Assembly: GCF_037042905.1 (NCBI RefSeq)
Contig: NC_087245.1
Coordinates: forward strand, 27,840,001-27,904,000
Length of the DNA stretch: 64,000 nucleotides
Source: Lytechinus pictus
Lineage: Eukaryota
Direction: 5' to 3'
Position 1 is the stretch's first letter. Every line of letters begins with the position of its first letter. The translations under genes and the position numbers were made by a program. Below, one piece after another: positions 37,691 through 51,790 of this stretch. The notes below the pieces were generated by a model. The model made no database searches, was not told where the DNA came from, and worked only from the letters and a program-made list of their open reading frames with translations.

Positions 37691-40600
37691 AGTTCGAATA
37701 TCAATTCGGCGCCCCCTAGTTCAAACATCAATGTGGTGCCCCTAGTTCGATCATCAATTCGCCCCCCCCCCCCCGTTCGAACATCAATTCGGCCCCCAGT
37801 TCGAACATCATTTTGGCATCCCTTCGAACTCAATTTGGCTTCCCTAGTTCGAATATCATTTCGCCCCCCTAGCTCGAGTATCAATTTGGCGCCCCCTAGT
37901 TCGAACATCAAATATCTTAGAGTCTATGTCAACTATTTTATGAGAAGGTCCCAAAGCAGGGTAAGAAATACACTGTAACTCAGCTCTAAGGCCGATTTTT
38001 TTTTGCTCCCCATATGAATTAAATAAATAGATCTAGCCCCCAAATAACAAAATAGCCATCAGTCAACTATCCTCATAGCCTAGGGTTCAATGTATAACAT
38101 ACTGACATCACTAAGGTCGAAATACGTTCATGACTATGGTGGTCAACTGGTCATGAGCTTTGAGCCATAATTCAAAGGAAATAAATATTCAATTTGGCAT
38201 AACTGAACATTTTTTGCCGTGAAATGTTTCTTTTCCAACGATTCATCGAATAGGTAGGGAATCAAGTATGTTTCATGCAACTTTTTCTCGACCGTGCGTC
38301 ATTCATATTTTACGAAGAGGGTCTCATAATTATGAAAAAATAAGAAATGGATGTTTCAGTTATGAACTTTGATTTCCGAATAGATAGCAGTAAAAGCCAG
38401 AAAAATCGTAAAATTGCTCGTGCAAACGAAAATTTGGTAACACCATTTCCATTATTCTAACTCAGTCATGCATGTTTTATGACCATTTATATGGTCTTTA
38501 AATGACAGCAAGAAATCATATATTTCGATTTATACATCACATGAAGAAAAATTATGATTATGGCAGCAAAAACTTTCACCGAATTACGGTTTGGTTTTTT
38601 CTGGGGATTCACTATATTCTAACTTCTCAATGAGACATCAAATTATCAATCGATGAATGTTCATGTTTCACCATGTGTTCCTACCTCTCAAATTTGGGCG
38701 GAGGTACTTGTCTAGGGAGCCAGCTTGCTTTAGCATCTCCGCTTTTCTTTTTCGATTTTCGCAATCTGAAGATTTTTTGCTGGCCATGGTACTTGAGAAC
38801 TTTGTAGTTGGGCGTGGCCGTCTGGGCGCCATGAGTTGCAGACTGGCGAGTTTGAATTCGGGCCTTGCCCGCTTTCCAGACCATGATGCGCATGCTCGTA
38901 ACTTCGAGAATTTCTCGAAAGTCTCTTCGGGACGGAATGTATGAATGCGGAAATAATAACACGAATAGTCTTAAGGCCTGAACAAGTTCTTGCAATGTGA
39001 TCGAGGCGGTCTGAATATACGGTTATTATCAATTTCCACTTTCCAAATAACTATGGAGCGCAAGTTATCCCGACCTACAACTAGCTACACGGCGGGTCAT
39101 TGCTTGCTTGTTAATTGGTGTTGAACGTGACGATGTTAACATGTGCTTTGTAATCTATGCAATTATAGGTATATGGCTTAAAAAGAATGCAACTTGTTAA
39201 CTTATACTAGTTGCATTCTTTTTAAGCCATACCCAGCGCCCCCTAGTCCTAACATCAACTTGGCGCCCCAAGTTCGAATAACAATTCTGCGCCCCTACGT
39301 CGAACATCAATTCGGCGCAACCCCCCCCCCCTACGTCGAACATATATTTGGCCTCCCTAGGTCGAACATCAATTTGGCGCCCCCAGTTGGAACATCAAAT
39401 TGGCGCCCCTAGTTCGAATATCAATTCGGCGCCCCCTAGTTCAAACATCAATGTGGTGCCCCTAGTTCGATCATCAATTCGGCCCCCCCCCCCCCCGTTC
39501 GAACATCAATTCGGCCCCCAGTTCGAACATCATTTTGGCATCCCTTCGAACTCAATTTGGCTTCCCTAGTTCGAATATCATTTCGCCCCCCTAGCTCGAG
39601 TATCAATTTGGCGCCCCCTAGTTCGAACATCTATTCGGCGCCCCCTATAATATAATAGTTAAGGTAATCTTGAATGCTTCGAAGAGGTGTATTCGTCGAG
39701 TGCGAATAGGAGGAAAAAACAGAGGTAAAATAACTCCCTGGTGGAACGAAGCATGTCAAAAAGCGGTGGCGGAGAGAAATCATATTAAAAACAGATTACG
39801 AAGATATTATGATAGAAATGATGTTCAACTATACTTGAAAAAGAAAGCATTTGCTCAGAAGGTGCAACGGCGAGCACGATATGACTATAGGTCTAAATAC
39901 TGCGGTAAAATGAATAGATTTACAGATATCGGAAAAGTATGGAAACAAGTAAAAGGAATGAGAGATAGCGCAATGAACACTCATATTTTTCCACAATTTA
40001 ATCGTTGACGGCAATATCATTAGTGAATCTAAAGATAAGGCTGATGCGGTCGCCCGTTTTTTCAAGTCTATTGACAGATCTTTTTATAATAATGATCATG
40101 ATGATGGTGAAAATGAAGATAATTTATGTAAGGAAATGTCGAATGATGACTGCATTAATGACGATTTTAACATGAATGAAATGAAGAATGTTTTACAAGA
40201 TTTGAAAAACTCGGCGCCAGGTAAGGATGATATTCATGCGATTATGTTAAAAAAACTTACCCCAAATAGCGCTTGATGTCATATTAGATCTGTACAACGA
40301 CATATGGAAAACTTCACATTTCCCTTGTCAGTGGTATGAAGTTGTTCAAATACCTATTTTGAAACCTGGAAAGGATCCTAGTTTAGTGTCGTCCTATAGA
40401 CCTATTTCTTTATTATCAACCCTGTTTAAAGTCATGGAGAAAATGATTAAAAACCGTCTGAATTGGTTTTTAGATAATAAGAAGACGTTAAACCCACTTC
40501 AATCAGGATTCCGCAAATATCGTAGCGTCAAAGATCATTTAGTCAGGATTGAAACAGATGTTCATTTAGCATTGAAGGAGAAAAAATATACCGTGGCAGT

Positions 40601-43319
40601 TTTTCTAGACCTGGAAAAGGCGTATGATTCGTTATGGAAAGGAGGTATCTTGAAAAAATTGTCAATGTTAGATATTAGTGGAAAATTATTTTTCTTTATT
40701 AGAGCTTTCTTAAGAAAAAGATATTGTAACGTGAAAGTTAGCAATAGTATGTCAGAAAAGTATGTATTAGAGCACGGAATCCCGCAAGGGAGCTCATTAA
40801 GTCCTGTCATTTTTACATTGATGTTAAATGACTTAAAGATTAAAGAAAGTGGAGTAAAATTATCATGTTATGCAGATGATATCGCGATTTGGTTTACTAG
40901 CTCAAACTTAGATCTGGTTCGTCAAAAGCTGCAAGAAGCCCTCCATGAAATCGAAATCTGGTGCTGGAGATGGAAATTAAATATCTCTCACACAAAGTCT
41001 GTAGTTTTAGTTTTTACCAATAAACAAAAGGAAGATATTACTTTAAAAATAAATGGGCATGTTTTGCCTCATTGTGAGCAGTTCAAATTTCTTGGTATGT
41101 GGTTAGACTTGAAACTAACTTGGTCTAGCCACATTAATGCGATTATTGATAAATGTAAGAAAATATTAAATTTATTACGTTGCGTTTCGGGTACGTCCTG
41201 GGGGAATAGGTATGAAATGTTGATGATGATATACAAAGGTCTTATTTTATCTCTGTTTTAGACTATGGAAGTGAAATGTATGATTCTGCCTGTACATCTC
41301 TTAAGAAAAAGCTTGACTCTATACAATATAGAGCTTTGAAAATCATTACAAGAACGATATACAATGTATCATTAGAGTCTTTACAAGTTTTGACTGGTGA
41401 ATTACCGTTGTATCTTCGGAGAAAACTGTTTAATGATAAATTTAGATATTATTTGTTGTTTAGCACTTCATGCCATCCAAGTAGAGAAATTTTCATTGAA
41501 CATATGAACAGACACGAATGGAAGGAAGGGGAAAGACCTTTCAAACTTCGAGCCTGTAGGGATGAGGTACTTGTAGAGAAGCAAGACAACTTATTAACAA
41601 GAATCCCGGAATGGCGTTTGTCCCGCCCTCCTGTGTCGTTTTGTGCTCATCGTATAATTAGAAAAAAAGATATGCTAACGGCCGAGATGAAAGCTATCGT
41701 TCTAGAAAGAATTGGAATTGTGTGGAATGGTTATTTACATATATATACTGATGGATCCAAACAGGAAAATTTTAGAACGGGGGCAGCATATTATGTTCCT
41801 CAATATAAAATAAAAAAGTATTTCAGGTTATCCAATGTAAGTATCATGAGAGCGGAACTCCTGGCCATTTTAATGGCACTTGAGTGGTTAGACTCCTTTG
41901 ATAAACCATGTTCAGTTGTAATTTTTTGCGACTCTTTGTCAGCACTGAATGTGATTGATTCATATTTCATTAAATGCTCCATTGTTAATGAAATTTTATT
42001 TAAAATTCATAAACTCAGTTTGAAAGATATCTGTATTAATTTTGAATGGATTCCCTCACATTGTGATGTTAACGGCAATGAGATCGTCGATAAAGCTGCC
42101 AAGAAAGGAGCCGCGAAAAATTTTGTAGACATAGTTTTACCAAACACTATAAATGAACTCACAGGCTCACGCATGACATTTTATAAAAGTGTCTGGCAAG
42201 CAGATTGGAATGCGTCTAGAAATGGTAGATTTTTATATGCTATTCATGATAATGTTTTTAAGCAGGCATATAGAAAAGGTTTTTCTCGGAAAGAGGAATG
42301 CCTCCTTCATCAAATCACAGTAGGTAAGTGCAAATTAAACTATTATATGTTTCAAATTAAACAGCACTCTTTCGGCCTCTGTGAGGTGTGCAAATAATTT
42401 GAGACTATTGAACATTATGTTTTATTTTGTTCAAAATATGTAAAGGAGAGACGCATTATGTTTAATAAACTTAAGATGAATGACCCGAATTTTAAACAAT
42501 TGTTAATTAATCCCGATTATACACGGGAACTATTATGTTTTATATATGCCACTAACCGTTTTTACAGTTAGGAGTGTGTCCTTATTTTAAGAAATTCTAT
42601 AGATATATAACTAGTAGCCGATTGGTTAGCTGGTGTGCCCTTTTTCACGAACAATCATTTAGCACGCGCGATATTTAATTTGTCTATTTGTATTGAAGTG
42701 TTATTCCTCGAAGATGTTTAATCTTGTAGGACCTACTAATATAATAGGTGGATGGGTGACTAATCTATATTAATATGTCATATAATCGTCACCAATGGTT
42801 TAACGTCGTATGGATCGCCTTTGCCGACGACGTCCTACTTACGAAAGTGACTGGCGCGTATAATCTGGAGAGATTGAAGAGCGCCATCATATTCAACAAC
42901 AACAACAACCCTAGTTTGAGTATCAGTTTGGCGCCCCCCTAGTTCGAACATCGATTCGGCCCCCTCCCCCCACCTAGTTCGAGTATCAATCTGGCGCCCC
43001 CAGTTCGAACATCAATTTAACATCCCTTCGAACATCATTTCGGCGCCCTCCTAGTTCGAATATAAATTCGGCGCCCCTACGTGTAGGTCCAACATCAATT
43101 TGGCGCCCCTATATAGTTCGAATATAATTTCGCCCCCTCCCCCTAGCTCGAGTGTCAATTTGGCGCCCCCTAGTTCCAACATCAATTTGGCGCCCCTACG
43201 TCGAACATCAATTCGCCCCCCCCCCCCCCCCCGTTCGAACATCAATTCGGCCCCCAGTTTGAACATTATTTTGACATTCCTTCGAACATCATTTCAGCGC
43301 CCTTTTGGTTCAAACATCA
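37691..43319. repeat. ~30-bp GC-rich satellite (GGCGCCCCCTAGTTCGAACATCAATT) in three blocks: 37691-37910, 39235-39647, 42909-43319
   Basis: Tandem degenerate units visible directly; interrupted by two insertions. Confidence 0.85.
39648..42908 (+). mobile_element. 5'-truncated I-group (Nimb/I-like) LINE with RT, RNase H and CCHC; disrupted by stops and frameshifts
   Basis: PWWNEAC, SAPGKDDI, SYRPISLL, FLDLEKAYD, GIPQGS, YADD; RNase H IYTDGS..AEL..CDS..WIPSH..GNE.VD; CEVC..ETIEH..C; (CAA)n tail; CCCTA duplicated at 39643-39647 and 42909-42913. Confidence 0.88.
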
Positions 43320-44476
43320 TTTTCTTTCCTCCTCTTCCTCTTTTTTTTCTTCTCGTCCTTCCCCCTCTTCCTCTCCCCTTTTCTTCTTTTCTTTCCCCCT
43401 TTCTCTCTCTCTCTTTTCTTCTCTTCTTTCTTCCCTCTTCCTCTATCTCCTTTTTTCTCCTTTTCCTTCCCCCCCTCTTCCTCTTTTTTCTCTTTCTTTC
43501 CCCTCTTCTCCTTTTTTTCTTCTTTTCTTTCCCCTCTTCTTTTTTCTTCTTTTCTTTCCCCTCTCTTTTTTTCTCTTCTTTCCTCCCTCTTTCCCTCTCT
43601 CCTTTTCTTTCCCCTCTTCCTCTTTTTTCTTCCCCCTCTCCCCCTCCCTGTTCTTCTCTTCCTTTCCCCTTTTCTTCCCCCCTTCCCTCTCTTTTCTCCT
43701 CTTCTTTCTTCCCTCTTCCTCTCTCTCCTTTTTTCTCCTTTTCCTTTCCCTTCTTCCTCTCTCTTCCCCCTCTTCTTTCCCCGCTTCCTCTTTTTCTTCC
43801 CCTCCCCCTCCCCTTTTCTTCTCTTCCTTCCCCCTCTTCCTCTTTTTTTCTCTTTCTTTTCCCTCTTCTCATTTTTTTCTTCTTTTCTTTCCCCTCTTCT
43901 TTTTTCTTCTTTTCTTTCCCCTCTCTTTTTACTTCTCTTCTTTCCTCCCTCTTCCTCTCTCTCCTTTTTCTCCTTTTCTTTTCCTCTCTTCCTCTTTTTT
44001 CTTCCCCCTCTCCCTCCCCCTCCCTTTTCTTCTCTTCCTCTCTTTTTCTTCTCTTCCTTTCCTCTCTTCCCCTCTCTCTCTTTTTTTTCTCATTTTCCTT
44101 TTCCTCTCTTTTTCCTTCTCTTTCTTTCCCCTTTTCCTCTCCCTTTTCCTTTCCTTCTTTCCCCCTCTTCCCTTTTTCTTCTTTTCTTTCCCCTTTTCCT
44201 CTCTCTTTTTTCTCCTCTTCTTCCTTCCCCATCTTCCTCTCTCTTTCCCCCTCTTCTTTTCTCCTTTCTCTCTCTTCTCTTCTTTCCTGCTTCTTCCTCT
44301 CTCTTTTTTTTCTCTTTTTCCTTTCCCCCTCTCCCCTCTCTCCTTTCCTCTTTTCTTTCCCCCTTTTCCTCTCTCTTTTTTCTTCCCTTCTTCCCCCTCT
44401 TCCTTTCTTCTTTTTCTTCTTTTCTTTCCCCTCTTCCCCTCTTTTTGTCTCTTTCTTTCCCTCTCTTCTTTTTTTT
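43320..44476 (+). repeat. 1.15-kb polypyrimidine/polypurine tract
   Basis: Almost only C/T on + (about ten purines); internal duplicated segments. Confidence 0.95.
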
Positions 44477-44976
44477 AAAATCAAAGTTCAAACTTTAATT
44501 TGACACCTTTTAGTCGGAAGGGGGGGCAAGGCCCCCCATGGATCAGCGCCTGCTGTACGCTACCCTTAAACCTGACATAAAACCTTATTGCAAGCCTAAC
44601 CCGACATCGTCGACGAAATAAAGCCAAGAGCATGAGCAAGTGTCGTGTCACCGGGAGGGGTATGGTGCAGTGAGGGAGAGAATAAAATGTGAGTGAGAGT
44701 TCACCATGAATAGGACTACTTACCTATAGCTGTATGATATGATTCATCATACAATTTGCTTTTGCGATGCTTTATCTATTTTCGAGAATCAACTTCCTCT
44801 TGACATGCTTGAGGAGCAAATGTTCATGCAAAAAACATGTTCGACTTCATCATATACACGAAATGAGAAGTCGCGAAAAAATTACCGTGATTTGTTTGAT
44901 TGGTGTACTGAGCAAACTTAATCTCATGCTTTATGGCTTAGCACACATGGGCACTGGATTCGATTATCACCGGGGG

Positions 44977-46065
44977 CAGTGGCGTAACTACGGGGGGCAT
45001 GGGGGGGGGGGGGCACGTGCCCCCCCCCCCCCCCCCAATCGGCTGACAAAAAAAAAAAACGGGGAAAAGGAGAAAAAGAGGGAGAAAGGAAGAGAAACGT
45101 AGTGGGAAAGAAGACATTATTGTTCATTATAATGTTATATTATATCATAATTATGTTACGTTATATTACATAAGAAACATTTTTTTATAACTTTATGAAA
45201 CATGATTTGCTCAGGGCCTATGTCTTCATTGTTCCTGGTGCTCGCATTGTCTGTTTACCGAGATATATAATCCTGTTATACTAAAACCTCCCGTTTTCAA
45301 GTCAATATACACCAAACTGCCAAATATATTTCCTCGCACTTCGAGTTATTGTTTTATGTACAATAGTATGCTTCTTTTTCATGACTACTTAAAGTGATTG
45401 CCCCATTTTAAGGTCTTGATATAAAACTTTTCCTGTCCGGGTCCTTACGTTCGCAGTAGTGGATTGGTGAAATATGTCTGCTCTCCATGAATTCCTAGAA
45501 TCAGTCCTTAAATGTCCCTCTTTCTAATCTGAATATCAAAATTTTCAGCTCGCGCTTCGCGCTCGCATCATTTGGTTAGCGAACTACGTATGGTCTTCGT
45601 GAATTTCTACCAACAAGCCTTAGAATGCCCCTCTTCAGGTCTGAATTTCCTAAATTTTCAGCTCGCGCTTCGCGCTCGCAAGATTTGATTAGTGAGATGG
45701 GTATGTTAATCATGATTACAAGTGCTTTATGTGCATGTTTAGATGTAATTCTAACAAAATCAGCAAGCGCTTATTGGCACTCGCATTAGATGGTGAGATG
45801 TGTATACTCTTAATGGATTCCTAAAATATAGTCCTTAAAATCTTCCTGTTTAGGGGTCAATATTTACAAAAATTTCAGCTCGCGCTTCGCGCTTGCATTA
45901 TTTAGCGAGACAGGTACATATCATGATTACAAAAGATTGATTATAATGTCCCTTTTTAGGTCTAAATATCAAAAATTTTAAGCTCGCGCTTCGCGCTCGC
46001 ATTATTTGACTCAAAAATTTTGCTGGTGCCCCCCCCCCAATGCCGTGACCCACGGTACGCCACTG
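44977..46065. mobile_element. hAT-type MITE
   Basis: TIR CAGTGGCGTA / TACGCCACTG; perfect 8-bp TSD ACCGGGGG (44969-44976, 46066-46073); internal GCTCGCGCTTCGCGCTCGCA repeats. Confidence 0.88.
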
Positions 46066-46764
46066 ACCGGGGGCAGGGGGCAGTGGCGGATCCGGCCCGT
46101 GCCCTCCCCCCTTGAGAACCATAATCAAAATTCGAAATGTAAATATACCGTTCTTACAACAAGTGTGCCCGCCCCCTTTGAGAGTCATATCAAATATTTT
46201 ACTGGATATATACCGATCATACACTAATGAAGCTTTTTTTTTTTTTTAGTGGACGAAATTACCTTATTTTTTTGGTGAAAACATTTTTGTCCTATTTCCT
46301 CGTGCCCCCCTCCATGGAAAATCCTGGATCCGCCCCTGGGGGATCCAGCCCCTGCCCACCCCCTTTTCCTTTAGTGACTTAGAAAATATTTGTTGGTGGA
46401 AAATGTCGTCCATACGCGAAAAAAGGCCTGTCGCATATCATCGTGACTGTCGATTGTGGTATAAATGCTGTATACATATAAACCCCTCAAAAAAAGTTTG
46501 GAAATCTGACATTGATCGATAATCCCTCCTCGGTTTTATTGAATATTAATGTGTGAGTGATATCAATGAATAGATCATTTAATTTTCTTTAGAATGATAC
46601 CCTGCATGATATAATTATGGTTCACATGGAGGTGCAGGGCCTTGAAATGTGGGGCAAGGTCAAAATTCAAAAGTTGCAAAATGACACAATATTGAAAGTC
46701 ACTGTTTTTTTCCGTGTTGATAAGTGAGTTCCAGCGGTTTCTTTTGTTTTCATGCACCTTAACA

Positions 46765-47405
46765 TTTCATTTCATTTTCATTTTCATTTATTGGTTTTTG
46801 CAACGTTTTTCATAACAAAATTCTGGACTAGAAAATACATATCTGAAACTTGACATCAAGATAATGAACAATAGTTTTGTATATAAATCCTCAAACATAT
46901 CTTACATGAATGAAAATCATTAAGTGGTATTTTCTGTTACACAATAAATAGGATGGTTGCAAGGTTCGTCACAAAAGCAAAGCTTGAAAACGTAACAACC
47001 CTGGAATATAGCCAAAATAATTAATATCTATTGTCATTAAACGTGCAGGTGCATGAGGGACTGTGGAGGGGGGGGGGGAGGGAGATGCTTGGTCCTTAGC
47101 ATGGAATTTTAGAAAATAACACGTTTTGTTGTTTGATTTTAATTTATACATGTTCTAGATAAAAGTCAATGTCTAATTAAAATAATGATAACAATGGTAA
47201 TGATTTTCTTTTTTTAATTTGTTAGGTATTGGTTTAATTGCATTTCTTTTATAGTTCGTTTAAAGGAATAAAATTATCTTGTCAGCTTGAGTGAATCTGG
47301 CAATGCATTCCAAATATCAGGTCCATGATGTCTTAGTGTTTTATGTGCAAATAGTGTCCTGGGATTGTTTAAGTGAATATTATTGCATGTTCTTGTTGGA
47401 TAACA
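46765..47405 (-). mobile_element. 3' fragment of a Crack/L2-group LINE
   Basis: Minus-strand YPTRTCNNIHLNNPRTLFAHKTLRHHGPDIWNALP (RT C-terminus), 3' UTR, AATAAA and (TGAAA)n tail. Confidence 0.6.
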
Positions 47406-50319
47406 TCAACATTAACATGGAGATCTGCGAGATAACTTGGTTTGAGTCGTGATTTGAAATACCCATACATGTTTGTTTGTTTGTTTGGTATTATGAATTC
47501 ATTCAGAAGATTCGAATCGGTCGCTTTGTACTCTCTCACGACCCCCCTTCTCTCTCTCTCTCACTCTTTCTTTCTCTCTCTCTTTTATTTATGAGGTAGC
47601 TTTAATGTTGGACGTATTGTTGCTATTTGGTATATATGTATGTGCATGAACTTTCGAGAAAATGACTGGAAATGGTTAAACAAAATGAGATGCAAGTATT
47701 GTGATATAAATATATTTAGGCCATAGGAGGAAAATGGATTTCACTTTTTATCATGTTGCAGAACTCACGCATTTTGCTTTTACCATCCAGTGCTACCATT
47801 TCAAACAGGACATTTGTGTAACTAATACCCTTTTCACAGTTAATTTTAAGTACTAGTAAAGTGTACCAAATACATACAGATTACGTACCCGGACATCTTC
47901 ATCATGAATATCACCATGCAAACATCCGAGTTCGCCGCCCCTGCACTCTTTTTTTTAATATCATTTTTGTATCATCTTCATCATCATCAATGACAGTAAT
48001 TATAGGAGTCAATGCTGATCTTGAGACATTGGTCCGTAATCTGAACTCCGCTTTAACTTTCACTATGGTCTCGGTCAGGCGCGGTTCTAGACTGATTTTT
48101 TTTTATGGGGCTTGTGGGGGCTTGAGAAATGTTCGACTTTTTCTACGTTGTTTATTCATTGCATTGTAATCGTGGGCAGCATTATGTGTAAGTGAGCTAT
48201 ACTGATCTGACCATGCAAGCAGCTAGTCCCCGCTCCTGGCTCCCAAAATGTTTTCTACTGTTATGCAAGAGAGCGTTGTGACTGAGCAAAAAAAAATTCA
48301 AAATGCTTGAGAATGCATTTCATAACCATTTCATCTACACGTGTAACACCCACCATGCCCTGATTGGTGTTACACACGTAGATGAGGGCATCTGATTTCA
48401 CTTAAAGATATTAAAGGGGGGCAATAATTAAGAAGGGGGCTTGCGTTGTTACTCTTTGCAGGCGCTTCATATACTTTTACGAGTGATAATTTCTTCTTTC
48501 GAGAGCAATGTTTTCAAATTTATTAAATTTGAAAATGGCAAAGAAATTTTCTTTTGAGACCTTAAAACTTTATAAGGAATATTAGAATATGAACGGGAAA
48601 GATTTTCGAAGTGAGGCTTAGCATTTGGAGCAATATATGTACTTCCAAATAATTGTAAATCTACAATATCTTTAAATTCCTGAGTAGAATACTGGACATA
48701 CACACATGCTGCAAAAGAACACGATCGGGGATCGCTCATATTGTAGAGTACAGAGTAAAATCACTCTACTCTAAAGAGAGGCATCAATCCTGGGGGCGGG
48801 AGCGATCGCGTCTATGAAAATATTGGTGGACAAACATCGATTTGCTCCCAAATAATTTTGACAACTTTAAAAATTTATAGTATTCAATGCAAAATTATGT
48901 TTGAAAAAACATCAGAAAGCACTATAAAACTATTCTACTTGATATTAAAATATTATTAAAAAACATAGAAAATTGTCCAAGTTTTCGGTGCTCTTCATGT
49001 TCAAAATGTTGTGTTAAAATTTGGCGCGCAATTTTTTTTAACATTCTCACCCCCGCTCTCCCATTAAAACATGGATCGACATCCCTAACTCTAATGTATG
49101 TTTTAAATAGCCTTGGTCATGAAGAATATGACGACCGAGCCATTTTCTCAAACAAAATATAAACAAATCAGGTCAATTTTTTTTTAATAGTTGCTGGGCA
49201 TTGTGTTGTATTACATGGCATCATTGACTTGCTATACTTGCACTTGAAGAGATTCATTTTGAATAGTAAAAGCTTAAATATTCGAGCACTTGACGACATA
49301 AATAGAATACCGCATTATTCAATACATATATTACGCAAATATAGGGCCTACTTATATATCTTTTTTTTCGTTGTGATCGATTTTTTTTTGGGGGGTTCAG
49401 CGATTTTCCCCCCATTTTGGGGGGGGGGTGGGCTTCAGTCTTGAAAGCTCCCCTTGGAACTCCGCCTGGTCTCGGTATTTGATTTTACTATGGGTAACCA
49501 AAAGGAACATTAATTACTTTTTAAAGATTAACAATATATCATCACATTTGCCATTCAAATCGTTAAATATTGTCTTGAGATAATGAGATAAGATATTTTT
49601 CTTCACCAACCAAAAAAAATCGGATTGAAAGGGGTCTCGTGTTTAAATAACATTATTACTTTCCTACCGAAACATGTCGGGTCACCAAACTTTAAAGAGA
49701 TAGATGAGGAACTTCATGTTAAATTAATCTGTTCCGGTCAACTTGTTTCCCTTTCTTTTCCCTGTTTTAATTTCCGTTCATTTATTACATGCAGAGTCCC
49801 TCCACAATTTCCCTTATCAACAACGAGCAACGGTTAAACGACCATGTAAAGGAAATTTCACCCTGACGATAAAGGTGTTCAGGTAAAGGCAGAGGGGGGG
49901 GGGTAGTAAAAATATCGGTGAAGGTTTGACGACAGTATAAGAGAGTTATTCATTAAAGAAATGAATTTGTGACGTCATTTCCGAGCAGCCGCCCCACATC
50001 ATATTAATTTCATAAATTACAATTTTTAGATATTGTTTATAATTACTGAAAATATTTATTATGGAAGCGGATATGAAATTATGTTTCTGATGATGCGATG
50101 AATGCACGAATAAAATCATTCTCAATTATCTGAGAAAATTGTATTTTAAGGAATGTACATCACACAGCCAATGGGGAAATGCTATTGTGTGTGACGCCAA
50201 CCCCGCCCCCCCAAAAAAAAAAATAATAATAATAATTTCTAACTGAAATAAAATTCACGCCAATGTGAACTTACCCTGTACAACAACTCGCATGGCTTCT
50301 GTGGAATCCCTTCTAATAG

Positions 50320-50686
50320 AGCCGTGGAAGAGCCGTGGTGTAGTGGTTCTGACTCTCGCCTTGTAAACAGAGGGTCGTGTGTTCGAATCCCACCGCGGTC
50401 TAGCGTCCTTTGGCAAGGCGTTAATCCACACTTTGCCACTCTCGACCTAGGTGATAAATGGGTACCCGGTAGGATGCGAAAGATATTGTATGTTTGATTT
50501 TGCCAGCGCCATAATGAGGCTGCGATGAATGCAAGGAATGCTCCCCAGGGAGTGGAAATTGTGCACTTTTCGTGCGGGATTGAAATGAATCCAATGACCG
50601 GGGTAATAATATGCTGTAACGCGCTTTGAGCCATTCAGGGAAAAGCGCTTTATAAAAATTGGCTATTATTATTATTATTATTATTA
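50320..50686 (+). mobile_element. tRNA-derived SINE with Deu/Nin-like core and L2-type tail
   Basis: A box TGGTGTAGTGG, B box GTTCGAATCCC, core CCTTTGGCAAGGC..TAAATGGGTACC, 3' stem-loop CGCTTTGAG..AAAGCGCT, (TAT)n tail. Confidence 0.85.
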
Positions 50687-50749
50687 ATAGGGAGTTTTCG
50701 CAAAGCAGAACAGCAGTATCGTCCTTGACTCTGGACACGGTGACACGAT

Positions 50750-50866
50750 GTATTTATTATTATAATTATTATTATAATAATTGCTATTATTATTATCATT
50801 ATCATTTTTATCATTATTATTATTATTATCATTATTATTATTATTATCATTATTATTACTATCATT
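50750..50866. repeat. (TAT/CAT)n microsatellite
   Basis: Directly visible. Confidence 0.9.
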
Positions 50867-51256
50867 TTGCAATTTTTCGTCAGCTCCGAAATTTAGGACG
50901 GAATTTTTGGTTTGATTAACGAATTTTCGACAGACTTTTTGGTTGTTTTTTGTCAAGACGGCCATTGACAACATATTTTCCCTATACGTCGTTGTGCGAA
51001 AACTCCCTAATTATCTTTAGAGACAGGCTTCCCATCAATTTTCGACAAAGGCCTCCCATCTATTCTTTGTCATTTGACGGGCATTTTGAATACATTAATT
51101 GCATTCTCGAATCTTCCATACGTCAAGGGCAAAAACTTCTTATTATCCTCGGGACAGTAGGCCTACGCATCATCGATATATGTGCATCGAACATGATAGG
51201 TCTTTGAAGTACATTAATAACATTATACATTAACAATAACATTAATTGCAAATCTA

Positions 51257-51622
51257 AAGGCGACCGCACACCTTATATTGAGACTTGGAAAATCTTACTG
51301 TGTAATGTTCGAAATCATCGTACGAATACCTATGTTCAAATCTGTGACTATGCTATCATCCTTCGTAGAATAAAAGCAAATTTAATATCTAGTCGTAATG
51401 ACGTCATAGCAGTCGTACGATTGGCTACGATTTGAAACTGATTTGGCCTTTACTCCAAAATGAAGGCTTGCAACCTTTCAAAATTGTTATATTAGTATTC
51501 TTTCAATTAATTTTAACCTCAAATAAAATGAAATGTTCCATTCACATTTTTAGAAAATGAGCAAAATGCGATTTGTTACAAAATCGGATCGCGAACAACA
51601 GTCGTAAGGTGTGCGGCCTTAA
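51257..51622. mobile_element. MITE (Harbinger-like ends)
   Basis: AAGGCGACCGCACACCTTA ... TAAGGTGTGCGGCCTTAA imperfect TIR with internal palindrome AATCGTACGA-like/TCGTACGATT. Confidence 0.55.
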
Positions 51623-51671
51623 AGCTTTTCATTGTCACTCAGTCTCAAAGTCTACTGAGCTGAACCATTTT

Positions 51672-51790
51672 CCGCCAATCAGAATCCGGGATCAAATTTC
51701 GAGCTCGTCAGACAAAACGGAACAATTTCATTCCCTTCAGAAAAGAGATAAATATCGTACTTCTTCCTCTTTCCTGTGCATATAGAGGTA
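51672..51790 (+). promoter_or_regulatory. Candidate core promoter of the Gly-rich protein gene
   Basis: GCCAATCAG CCAAT box at ~51674 and weak TATA-like GATAAATA at ~51747 in unique sequence 150-250 bp before the ATG. Confidence 0.3.

Noticed and set aside
38657..39032. Three overlapping ~100-aa ORFs
   Set aside because: No recognisable motifs or splice support; they lie in a probable repeat insert.
43100..44503. Long F/L/S/P-rich and K/R/E/G-rich ORFs (396-467 aa)
   Set aside because: Artefacts of a polypyrimidine tract that lacks stop codons.
50330..50402. Functional tRNA gene
   Set aside because: Stems are imperfect, there is no terminator, and it runs into a SINE core and tail.
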